A stretch of DNA of 64,000 nucleotides from Thermodesulfobacteriota bacterium (GTDB taxonomy: Bacteria; Desulfobacterota_D; UBA1144; Nemesobacterales; UBA2774). Position numbers and translations under genes: made by a program. Positions within the stretch are counted from its first letter, which is position 1; each line of letters begins with the position of its first letter. Of the stretch, positions 39,403-47,792 are shown one piece after another. The notes below the pieces were generated by a model. It did no database searches. It was given only the letters and a program-made list of their open reading frames with translations, and was not told the origin of the DNA. The stretch lies in the NCBI GenBank assembly GCA_965216785.1, contig OZ244197.1:704001-768000 (forward strand), read 5' to 3'.

Positions 39403-39768
39403 ATGCCGACATTGATCGAAAAACCTGCTGTTATCGAAGCTGCGGGCAACGTGCCAAAGAAAATAGAGGAATTCGCGGGCAGGGTGAATTCAGGACATAC
39501 CGAAGCGAGTATAGCGCGCATGACCTCTCCCGAAGGGTGGATTGAGCCCGGTCAACGTCCTGAATTTCAGGAAATTACGGTAGTTCTTGAGGGAACGCTT
39601 AATGTTGAGCATGAAAATGGAGAGTTGGAGGTAATCGCGGGGCAGGCCGTAGTAACAAACCCGGGAGAATGGGTTAGGTACAGCACACCTAAAGAAGGAG
39701 GGGCTAAATACATAGCCGTTTGTCTGCCCGCTTTTTCGCCCGATACGGTACATAGGGATTCTGAATAA
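39403..39768 (+). CDS. Cupin domain protein
   Basis: PK.IEEF.GRVN, GW.EPGQRPEF.E...VL.G, GEWVRYSTP. Confidence 0.82.
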   Translation: MPTLIEKPAVIEAAGNVPKKIEEFAGRVNSGHTEASIARMTSPEGWIEPGQRPEFQEITVVLEGTLNVEHENGELEVIAGQAVVTNPGEWVRYSTPKEGGAKYIAVCLPAFSPDTVHRDSE

Positions 39769-39786
39769 ACTAAAGGAATTAGAAAT

Positions 39787-40356
39787 ATGAGCAAACGATG
39801 CGAATGGTGCGGCGATGAGCCGATCTATCTGGACTATCATGACAAAGAATGGGGTGTACCCGTACATGACGACCGTCAGCACTTTGAGATGATCATCCTG
39901 GACGGCGCTCAGGCAGGGCTAAGCTGGATTACAATATTAAAAAGAAGAGAGACTTACAGAGAGGCCTTTGACAACTTCGACGTAGAAAAGGTAGCCAGAT
40001 ACAGCGATAAAAAGATAGAGCTTTTGCTTAAAGACCCCGGTATTATCAGGAACCGTCTGAAAGTGAATTCAGCAGTAACTAACGCCAAATCATTCCTCAA
40101 GATACAAGAAGAGTTCGGCTCGTTCGATAAATATATCTGGCAATTCACAGGTAACGATACTCTACATAACTCATGGAAAGCGATGAATGAAATACCGGCT
40201 AAAACTACAGAATCTGACGCTATGAGCAAGGATCTTAAGAAAAGAGGGTTCAGCTTTGTCGGGTCTACGATCTGCTACGCATATATGCAGGCTGCTGGGA
40301 TGGTGAACGACCACGTAACTAATTGTTTCAGGTACAAACAAATTAAGAAACTTTAG
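39787..40356 (+). CDS. tag: DNA-3-methyladenine glycosylase I
   Basis: RC.W, YHDKEWG, QAGLSW.TIL.RR, IIRNRLK, FVG.TICYAYMQAAG.VNDH...C. Confidence 0.96.
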   Translation: MSKRCEWCGDEPIYLDYHDKEWGVPVHDDRQHFEMIILDGAQAGLSWITILKRRETYREAFDNFDVEKVARYSDKKIELLLKDPGIIRNRLKVNSAVTNAKSFLKIQEEFGSFDKYIWQFTGNDTLHNSWKAMNEIPAKTTESDAMSKDLKKRGFSFVGSTICYAYMQAAGMVNDHVTNCFRYKQIKKL

Positions 40357-40369
40357 GCTCTGACTAAAT

Positions 40370-41965
40370 TTAGCCGCGGCCTCTGCCCTTTTTGGCTTTT
40401 GTGATAAACGGCCCCTTACCCTTCTTTTTCCCTTTAAAGTATGAAAGAAGCACCTCTGCCTCATGGAAAGGCAGGGTAACAAATGAGAAACTGTCCAGGA
40501 TTTGTACATCTCTAATCTTTTTACTTTTTATACCGCACTTGTTCTGTATAAAGTGTGTAAGTTTCTGTGGTGTTAACCCGTCTTTCTTGCCCTGAGTTAC
40601 GAAGAGCCTTGTCTTACCTTGGGTATCAACAAGATTTGTTTCTTTGTATGGGCTTCTGATTTGAGTGTAATTTTTCTCATCCAGCTCATCCTGAAATGAA
40701 TACTCAAGCAGTGCCGCCACTATGTCCTGAGGCTCATTCGCCTCTAGAAGCTCCTGAGACATTTCTAAGTACTCGATCCTCGGACTTGCTTTCACTAAGT
40801 CGTCAAGGATATTACTTATCCTGAGCTTTTTAGACTTAATTACATCTTTAACGCCGGGGAGCTTAGCCTTTCGGATATCTGTCTTTGTTTCTCTGCTTAT
40901 ATACCTGAGTTTTCTGTACTCCTCTGGCGTGACAAATGTAATGGCGTTCCCCTCTTTTCCGGCTCTCCCCGTCCGCCCTATCCTGTGTACGTATGATTCG
41001 GCGTCCTGGGGAAGAGCAAAATTAATGACGTGTGTCAGGTCTTGGACATCAATACCTCTTGCGGCAACATCTGTTGCAACGAGTATATTAATCAGGCGCT
41101 TTTTAAATTTATTCAGTATCTTCTCTCTTTGCGGCTGAGATAAATCGCCGTGCAAAGCGTCTGCGTCGTACCCGCGCTCAATCAAGTGATTGGCAATGTT
41201 GTCAACGTCCTTTTTTGTCCTGCAGAAAACAAGGCCGTAAAACTCCTCTTCAATATCGATGATCCTGCATAGCGCTTCAAACTTATCCCGGGCTGATACC
41301 TCGAAATAGATCTGGTCCGTCTGAGATACCGTGAGCTGATCGCTCGTAACCTTTATCTCATCAAACTCCCTCATATGCTGGCTGGCGATCTTGAGAATCT
41401 CTTTTGGCATAGTTGCGGAAAAGAGAAGCGTCCTTTTCTCTGAAGCGGTATGCTTCATAATCTTTTTGACGTCTTCGAGAAAACCCATGTTGAGCATCTC
41501 ATCGGCCTCATCTAAAACAAGGTGTGAAATCTCACCCAGTTGCAGAGTTCCACGCTCTATGTGGTCATACACCCTGCCAGGGGTGCCAATGACAATATCG
41601 ACCCCTTTTTTAAGGAGTCTCAGCTGAAGGTTAATAGACTGGCCGCCGTAAATCGGGATTACGGTTAGCTTTCTCTTGCCCTTTAGGGAATGGATTTCCT
41701 CGGCCACCTGTATCGCAAGCTCTCTTGTAGGTGTCAGCACCAGGGCTTGCACGTGACCTCTGTTTTCTTCGAGAAGCTCAACAAACGGGAGCCCGAACGC
41801 GGCTGTTTTACCCGTGCCCGTTTGAGCCTGGGCCACTATGTCTTTATCCCCATCCAGTATTGCTGGAATGGTGGCTTCCTGTATTGGTGTAGGAACCTCA
41901 AAACCCTTTTTCTTAAGGACTTTAAGCGTTGATATGGATAATCCTAATTCTTCAAAAGATAGCAT
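40370..41965 (-). CDS. DEAD-box RNA helicase with DbpA-type C-terminal RNA-binding domain (DeaD/CshA-like)
   Basis: AQTGTGKT, PTRELA, DEAD, SAT, ARGID, HRIGRTGRAG. Confidence 0.96.
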   Translation of the reverse strand: MLSFEELGLSISTLKVLKKKGFEVPTPIQEATIPAILDGDKDIVAQAQTGTGKTAAFGLPFVELLEENRGHVQALVLTPTRELAIQVAEEIHSLKGKRKLTVIPIYGGQSINLQLRLLKKGVDIVIGTPGRVYDHIERGTLQLGEISHLVLDEADEMLNMGFLEDVKKIMKHTASEKRTLLFSATMPKEILKIASQHMREFDEIKVTSDQLTVSQTDQIYFEVSARDKFEALCRIIDIEEEFYGLVFCRTKKDVDNIANHLIERGYDADALHGDLSQPQREKILNKFKKRLINILVATDVAARGIDVQDLTHVINFALPQDAESYVHRIGRTGRAGKEGNAITFVTPEEYRKLRYISRETKTDIRKAKLPGVKDVIKSKKLRISNILDDLVKASPRIEYLEMSQELLEANEPQDIVAALLEYSFQDELDEKNYTQIRSPYKETNLVDTQGKTRLFVTQGKKDGLTPQKLTHFIQNKCGIKSKKIRDVQILDSFSFVTLPFHEAEVLLSYFKGKKKGKGPFITKAKKGRGRG

Positions 41966-42250
41966 TTATTATATTACTCCCTTCATACACCACCGTTTCA
42001 GTGTGTATGATTCAGTTATTGTTCTCAATTTACCGGAATTGTCATAAATTATAAGAATAGTTTTTCGGCAATGACAGTAAGTTGTTTAGTTCTGGAAACG
42101 CATCCCGCCTTAACGATCAATCTACAATAATTTACATCAATTATATTTACCACTCACTTTTTAACTTGCTACATTATACCCGATATAATATAAATATTTA
42201 GATATGACGGCTAAACCCGTTTTCGGTAATATATTGTTAGAGCGGATATC

Positions 42251-42841
42251 ATGAACCGAACCCAAACAGACCGAACAACATTTCGCCCGGCAAGGAAGGA
42301 CGAGGGCAGACTGATTGCAGAGCTTTTCAGCATAGCATCTGACGGAGTTGCCGAGTACATTTGGACCACGTACGCCGAGCCAGGTGAGGATATATTCGAA
42401 TTCGGCGCCGCGCGCTATGCTGAGGAAGATACGCCGTTTAGCTATAAAAACGCTGTATTTGCTGAGCTGAATGGTGAAGTCCTTGGGATGCTCCTTACTT
42501 TTCCGATGGAAGAGAGCGATGTGGAAGAGTCTGAAATTGACCCTGTTCTCCTCCCATACACAAAGCTTGAGCAGTACGGGAGCTTCTACATATGCGCTAT
42601 GGCGGTATTCGATGAGTACAGAGGAATGGGGATCGGCACGAAATTCCTTGAGATCGCTGAGCAGCAGGCGAAAGAAAGAGGGCTTGCGCAGCTGAGTTTA
42701 CTGGTGTTTGAGCAAAATGAAGGCGCGGTGAGGCTCTACAAACGAAACGATTTTTACGAGATCAAGCGTGAGCCGATGGTGCCGCACGAACTCATTCACT
42801 ACACGGGCGATGTGCTTCTTATGGTGAAGGACCTTAAGTAA
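42251..42841 (+). CDS. GNAT family N-acetyltransferase
   Basis: YICAMAV..EYRGMGIG; L.V...N.GA.RLY.R. Confidence 0.88.
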   Translation: MNRTQTDRTTFRPARKDEGRLIAELFSIASDGVAEYIWTTYAEPGEDIFEFGAARYAEEDTPFSYKNAVFAELNGEVLGMLLTFPMEESDVEESEIDPVLLPYTKLEQYGSFYICAMAVFDEYRGMGIGTKFLEIAEQQAKERGLAQLSLLVFEQNEGAVRLYKRNDFYEIKREPMVPHELIHYTGDVLLMVKDLK

Positions 42842-42916
42842 TTCCAGCTATTCATTTGAAAATCCAAATCCACAGTTATTTATCACAATAGATACCAGAA
42901 AAAATTAACGTTTGAT

Positions 42917-42945
42917 TTGACAGGTTTTAAATATACGCATATAAT
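42917..42945 (+). promoter_or_regulatory. Consensus sigma70 promoter of the metal-uptake operon
   Basis: TTGACA (42917-22), 17 nt, TATAAT (42940-45). Confidence 0.88.
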
Positions 42946-42964
42946 TGAGAAAGTTTCTCAATTA
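42942..42964. promoter_or_regulatory. Fur/Zur-type operator, perfect 11-1-11 palindrome
   Basis: TAATTGAGAAA-G-TTTCTCAATTA overlapping -10 and start region, upstream of a Fur-family gene. Confidence 0.85.
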
Positions 42965-43063
42965 GGACCAATCACACAATCTATTGTAACTATTTATAGA
43001 GAACGGAGCGGTTAGCACGGTCGTGTATTATCTTTAAAAAATAGGGTTTTTAAGTTAATAATC

Positions 43064-43480
43064 GTGTCAAAAGATATAAAAAGCATATTCCACGAGCAGG
43101 GACTGAAGTTTACGCCGCAGAGAAAGGCTGTACTTAAAGTCCTTCAGGATACGCACGCATATCTGCCGATAAATAAAATTCATACAAACGTAAAGGAGAT
43201 ACTCCCCGGCACAGGCCTGGCTACTGTATACCGCTCGCTTGAAACATTGGTCGATCTCGAATTAGTCGTGAAAGTTCACCTCAAAGACGGCTGCCACAGC
43301 TACGCGCTAGCACCCGAAGGGCACCGTCACCCTATTGTCTGTACCGACTGCAGTAAGGTAATCGAATACACAGAGTGCCCTATTGAGGAATTATCGAAAA
43401 AGGTATCAAAAGACACCGGCATCCCTATTCAAAACCATTTCCTTCAGCTTTTCGGGAAATGTAAGGAATGTAGGGCGTAA
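43064..43480 (+). CDS. Fur family transcriptional regulator (Zur-like by context)
   Basis: TPQRKAVL, ATVYRSL, CTDC and CKEC structural Zn pairs. Confidence 0.92.
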   Translation: MSKDIKSIFHEQGLKFTPQRKAVLKVLQDTHAYLPINKIHTNVKEILPGTGLATVYRSLETLVDLELVVKVHLKDGCHSYALAPEGHRHPIVCTDCSKVIEYTECPIEELSKKVSKDTGIPIQNHFLQLFGKCKECRA

Positions 43481-43495
43481 GGAAAATAAAAAGAT

Positions 43496-44167
43496 ATGTC
43501 ACATTTACACATACCCGACGGAGTGCTCCCCGGCTGGCTCGTATTAGCAGGCTGGTTATTCACAGCGGTATTACTCGCATTGTGTATATACAGAGTAAGG
43601 CGTGTAGAGCTGACCCGGAAGATCCCGCTCATCGGGATAATTTCAGCGCTCATGATCGTATGCATGACGCTGCCGGTGATTCCGTTTGCGTATCACGTGA
43701 ACCTGAGCGTAGTGGCCGGGATAATCCTTGGACCCGCGCTTGCGTTTATTTCAATATTCATCGTAGACCTGATAATAGCGATGTTCGGCCACGGGGGGAT
43801 AACCGTAGTCGGGCTTAATACTATTGTAGTCGGCGCCGAAGCAGTACTCGGTTATTACCTATTTCTAATGTTTAAAATGCTGATGGGTAACTATTCGGTC
43901 GGCTGGTCGTCGGGGATTGCAGCGGTGTTCAGCCTGATATTGAGCACAACATTACTAGTAGGTCTACTTTATGCAGCCCATGTGAACCCCGATCTAATGA
44001 TAGAGGCGGAATCACACGTAAAAAACGGGCTTAACATTGGCGTGTTCATAAAAACAGCCCTGACCATACTATTTTTCGGGTGGATGATCGAGGGAGTGAT
44101 TACAGGGCTCGTTATAAAGTACGTCTCGGGCATCCGGCCAGATTTGATACAGACGGACACAACATAG
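43496..44167 (+). CDS. ECF transporter S component, CbiM/NikM family, atypical N-terminus
   Basis: HIPDG.L, YH.N....AGIILGP, FGHGG.T..GLN, IEG.IT; begins MSHLHIPDG. Confidence 0.88.
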   Translation: MSHLHIPDGVLPGWLVLAGWLFTAVLLALCIYRVRRVELTRKIPLIGIISALMIVCMTLPVIPFAYHVNLSVVAGIILGPALAFISIFIVDLIIAMFGHGGITVVGLNTIVVGAEAVLGYYLFLMFKMLMGNYSVGWSSGIAAVFSLILSTTLLVGLLYAAHVNPDLMIEAESHVKNGLNIGVFIKTALTILFFGWMIEGVITGLVIKYVSGIRPDLIQTDTT

Positions 44168-44177
44168 GAAACAGAGA

Positions 44178-44981
44178 ATGGACATTGCACTAATAGATTA
44201 TTACGCAAATCATGGAAAGAGCTTTCTCCACAGCGCAGCGGCACCGAGCAAGCTACTGTTTTCAGCCCTGGTCATAGCCTCTGTAGTGATTACAGAAGAG
44301 TTTTACCTTTTGCTCGCCATTTATCTGTTACTTGTAAGCATGGCCGTATGGACAAGGCTTTCAGTTACTAAAATAATAACTATTGCGGCTTATCCTGCTA
44401 TATTCGCAATTTTATTCGTCATAGCAACCTGGGACGGAAGTCTGTTGAGAGCGGGGGTGATAATGTTAAAGGCCCTAACCGCCGCCCTTACTATGGTGAT
44501 TCTCATAGTAACCACTCCTTACCCCGATGTTTTTAAAACCCTAAAACCTATATTGCCCGGGATAATTCACGACGGGCTGTATCTGACGTACCGCTCGCTC
44601 TTCGTTCTGCTTGAAATGACCGATGAACTGGTTAAAGGTCTTAAGGTAAGAGGCGGTCTGACAAAAAAGAAATATTTCACAAACATCGCCAATTTCTCGT
44701 CCGGCATTGGGCTCGTGCTGGTAAAGGGGTTCGACATAACGGAAAAGTATTACGGTGTGATGAAAGTAAGGGGGTATACAGGGAAAATTGCGGCGGATAA
44801 AAACAGCAGGAGATTTAGTACAGAGGACTTAAGGGCAGTAGGATTTGGTGTATTAATATTCTCCGTAGCGCTTGGAGTTAAGCTTTATGGAAGTATCTAC
44901 AAATCGGGCTTATATGCGCTTATTCTTGCGGCAATCATTCTAATAATATCAATAGGATACATAGCTAAAGAGAGAAAATAA
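44178..44981 (+). CDS. ECF transporter T component (CbiQ/NikQ-like)
   Basis: SFLH.....SKL, TTPY, YR.LF.L, two xRG motifs (VRG, VRG). Confidence 0.85.
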   Translation: MDIALIDYYANHGKSFLHSAAAPSKLLFSALVIASVVITEEFYLLLAIYLLLVSMAVWTRLSVTKIITIAAYPAIFAILFVIATWDGSLLRAGVIMLKALTAALTMVILIVTTPYPDVFKTLKPILPGIIHDGLYLTYRSLFVLLEMTDELVKGLKVRGGLTKKKYFTNIANFSSGIGLVLVKGFDITEKYYGVMKVRGYTGKIAADKNSRRFSTEDLRAVGFGVLIFSVALGVKLYGSIYKSGLYALILAAIILIISIGYIAKERK

Positions 44982-44990
44982 GGAGAAACT

Positions 44991-45848
44991 TTGGAAGAGC
45001 TTGTAAAAGTAAGTAACCTGAAATTCAAATACCCCGACGGCACCTCGCTCTCATTTGACGGGCAGGAATTTACTGTGGGAAAAGGTGAGCGTGTAGCAAT
45101 ACTCGGACCCAACGGAAGCGGTAAATCTACACTTCTCTCGCTCCTTTTGGGACTATTAAAATCAACAGAGGGCGAGATCAATGTGCTCGGTGTAAACCCT
45201 GGAGCAGACTATGAGAAAGTACGCGAGCGAATAGGGGCGCTCCTTCAGAACGTGGAGCTTCAGATCATCGCCCCCCGCGTATGGGATGATATTTCATTTT
45301 CTCCACGGAACTACGGCTACGACAAGGAAGAGACAGATAAGCTTGTAGAGGAGCTTCTTGTTAAGCTCGATATTGACCACCTTAGAGATAAAGTGCCTCA
45401 TTACCTGAGCGGGGGGGAAAAAACCAAGGTTGCAATTGCGGGCGCTCTTGCCACTAGACCCGAGCTTTTAATCCTGGACGAGCCGTTCGAGCACATAGAC
45501 CCCACTTGCAGAAAAGAACAGATAAATCTGCTGAACAGCGTAAACCGCGAGCACGGAACAGCTATAGTATTATCAACACACAACATGAATACAGTGCCTC
45601 TTGTCGCAGATACGGTCTATTTGATCGGCGAGGGAGGACATATAGTTAAGAAAGGCACCCCGAAAGAGATTTTCTCTGATGTAGAGTCTCTTTCAAAATG
45701 CCATATTGAGCCTCCTATATTGGGAGAGCTCTTCTCGGAGCTTAAGAAAAGCGGCATAGATTTAGATGTATCTTTAACAGTAGAAGAGGCCGCTTGCACT
45801 TTAAGGGATATCTTGCTATCATCTAAAAACAGGTCGGACGTCGGATGA
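44991..45848 (+). CDS. ECF transporter ATPase (CbiO/NikO-like)
   Basis: GPNGSGKST, PHYLSGGEK..VAIAG, LILDEP; TTG start after GGAGA. Confidence 0.9.
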   Translation: MEELVKVSNLKFKYPDGTSLSFDGQEFTVGKGERVAILGPNGSGKSTLLSLLLGLLKSTEGEINVLGVNPGADYEKVRERIGALLQNVELQIIAPRVWDDISFSPRNYGYDKEETDKLVEELLVKLDIDHLRDKVPHYLSGGEKTKVAIAGALATRPELLILDEPFEHIDPTCRKEQINLLNSVNREHGTAIVLSTHNMNTVPLVADTVYLIGEGGHIVKKGTPKEIFSDVESLSKCHIEPPILGELFSELKKSGIDLDVSLTVEEAACTLRDILLSSKNRSDVG

Positions 45849-46183
45849 ATACAGTTAGAGAAAATATAATGAAAGGACCCGCAAGATTGTTACTGCCGAT
45901 GTTGGCAGTCATCTTCGTTATATCTATCAGCTTACACAATCATGCTATAGGTATAGACTCCGGATCTGTAATTGAGCTCTCCGACGCGGCGCCCGACACG
46001 CACCATTCGGTCCAGGATTGCTCTGCCTGTTTACTGCAGGGAAACGTTAAGCTGCCGGATATGGGTGCCGTATTCATTGCACCTATCCCGCTGATTATCA
46101 CATCCTTAGAAGAAACCGAATTTCTAATACCATCTTCATTCTTACAACTTAATAAACCCTCACGCTCACCGCCGACCGTATAG
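45845..46183 (+). CDS. DUF2946-like upstream ORF (signal-like N-terminus, His/CxxC, C-terminal RSPP)
   Basis: Hydrophobic stretch, LHNH, HHSVQDCSAC, terminal PSRSPPTV; alternative start 45869. Confidence 0.75.
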   Translation: MNTVRENIMKGPARLLLPMLAVIFVISISLHNHAIGIDSGSVIELSDAAPDTHHSVQDCSACLLQGNVKLPDMGAVFIAPIPLIITSLEETEFLIPSSFLQLNKPSRSPPTV

Positions 46184-46381
46184 CTTTCAGTTTGCCGTGT
46201 GAGCACAAGGGTGAAATGAACCGATAAATTCGCCCCAATTATACATATACATTCATATGTTCGGACTAAAGTGCGGAAGTTCCGTTTTTAGCGCCGAGGT
46301 TTTTTCTATTCAATAAGAAATAGCTCACACCGGCTGATTGGTTACCGGAATTCCATACTAATACACATTTGGAGGTGAGTT

Positions 46382-47767
46382 ATGCGTTTAAGAAGAATTA
46401 TCTTTACAGCAGTCCTAATTCTGTTTATATCTCCGGATTTTACACAGCAAGCATTTGGAGATGAGAAAAATGATGTAAAGCAGGAACTAAAAGAGCTCAG
46501 GAAAATGATGGAAACGATGCAGCAAAGAATTGATGAGCTTGAAGAGAAAAATGAAACATTGGAAAAACAAGCCAAAGAAAAAGACGAGACAATAGTAGTC
46601 GAAGAGGAAACGGATTTAACCGTGATTGAGCAGCCTGCCACTGAGCGGGAGGGATTTTTCCAGAGAGCCCTCAATACCTTTAACCCCGAGATAAGCGTAA
46701 TAGGTATATTCGCTGCCGCCTGGTATTCGCAGGACGACCCGATTGTATTCGCTGAGGCAGACCCTGAAAATACTGGCGTTAATCTACAGGAACTCGAGAT
46801 CGGATTTCAGGGCGTTATAGACTCCTACTTCAGGTTCGATGCTTTCCTCTCTTTCGGAATCGAAGGAGTGGAGCTTGAAGAAGCATACGGGACAACGCTT
46901 TTCAGCCTGCCGCTTAACTCTCAGATAAGAGCGGGAAGAATGAGGGCCAAGTTCGGCAGGATCAACCAAATCCACAGACACAACCAGAACTTCGTGACTC
47001 TGCCGCTACCCGCAGCTCAGTTCTTGGGCGAGCATCTAAACCCAACGAGCATAGAGGCTAATTTTCTTGTGCCCGTTCCTTGGTATATGGAGCTAAGCGC
47101 TCTGGGCGGAAGCCCTGACGTAGAGACACCGACCTTTGACAGGGACGAAAACGCAAACAACCTGGCAAGGCTCCTTTATATTTTCCATTTGGCAAACTTC
47201 GTTGAGGTCTCTGAGGCGCTTGGCGTAAGCTTGGGCGGCTCGTTCGCTACGGGCGCAAACAATACCGGGCGTGATGAGAGATCAAACCTATACGGTGTAG
47301 ACCTATTCGCCAAATACCGGCCGCTTAAAAATAACCCTTATCAGGAAGTGATGCTCCAGTCAGAGTTTATGTACCTAGACGCGGACACCCCTGAAGAGAA
47401 CCTCGAGAACTGGGGCTGGTACGCTCAGCTCGTTTACCGTTTCGCAAAGAGATGGAATACCGGATTTCGGTACGGGATAATCGACACGAATACACCTGTA
47501 CATGAAGAAGAGGAGCTAGAGGGTGATCCGGCCGGGCTGTTTAGTTTAATTAGGACAGGCGAGGAGGAAGAGGGACATGAAGAAGGGATGCTCGGTTTAG
47601 AAGGCAGAACGTACCGCCTATCGCCGATGCTGACTTTTAACCCGAGCGAATTCTCGCGCCTGAGAATACAGTACGACTACCTGAACCAGGACTTTGCCGA
47701 AAACCAGCACGCGATATTCCTTCAGTTCCAGTACTCGCTGGGAGCGCACGGGGCGCACCCGTTTTAA
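46382..47767 (+). CDS. Outer-membrane beta-barrel of the type associated with Zn ABC transporters
   Basis: Signal peptide, coiled coil, FNPEISVIG, EEAY, FGRINQIHRH, SEFSRLR.QY, C-terminal GAHGAHPF. Confidence 0.8.
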   Translation: MRLRRIIFTAVLILFISPDFTQQAFGDEKNDVKQELKELRKMMETMQQRIDELEEKNETLEKQAKEKDETIVVEEETDLTVIEQPATEREGFFQRALNTFNPEISVIGIFAAAWYSQDDPIVFAEADPENTGVNLQELEIGFQGVIDSYFRFDAFLSFGIEGVELEEAYGTTLFSLPLNSQIRAGRMRAKFGRINQIHRHNQNFVTLPLPAAQFLGEHLNPTSIEANFLVPVPWYMELSALGGSPDVETPTFDRDENANNLARLLYIFHLANFVEVSEALGVSLGGSFATGANNTGRDERSNLYGVDLFAKYRPLKNNPYQEVMLQSEFMYLDADTPEENLENWGWYAQLVYRFAKRWNTGFRYGIIDTNTPVHEEEELEGDPAGLFSLIRTGEEEEGHEEGMLGLEGRTYRLSPMLTFNPSEFSRLRIQYDYLNQDFAENQHAIFLQFQYSLGAHGAHPF

Positions 47768-47792
47768 GAAAACGTAATAGGAGAAAAGAGCT

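Noticed and set aside
42965-43495. Cobalamin riboswitch or NikR control of the cbiM-like genes
   Set aside because: No B12-box/GGGAA-type elements seen; a Fur-type palindrome explains the regulation
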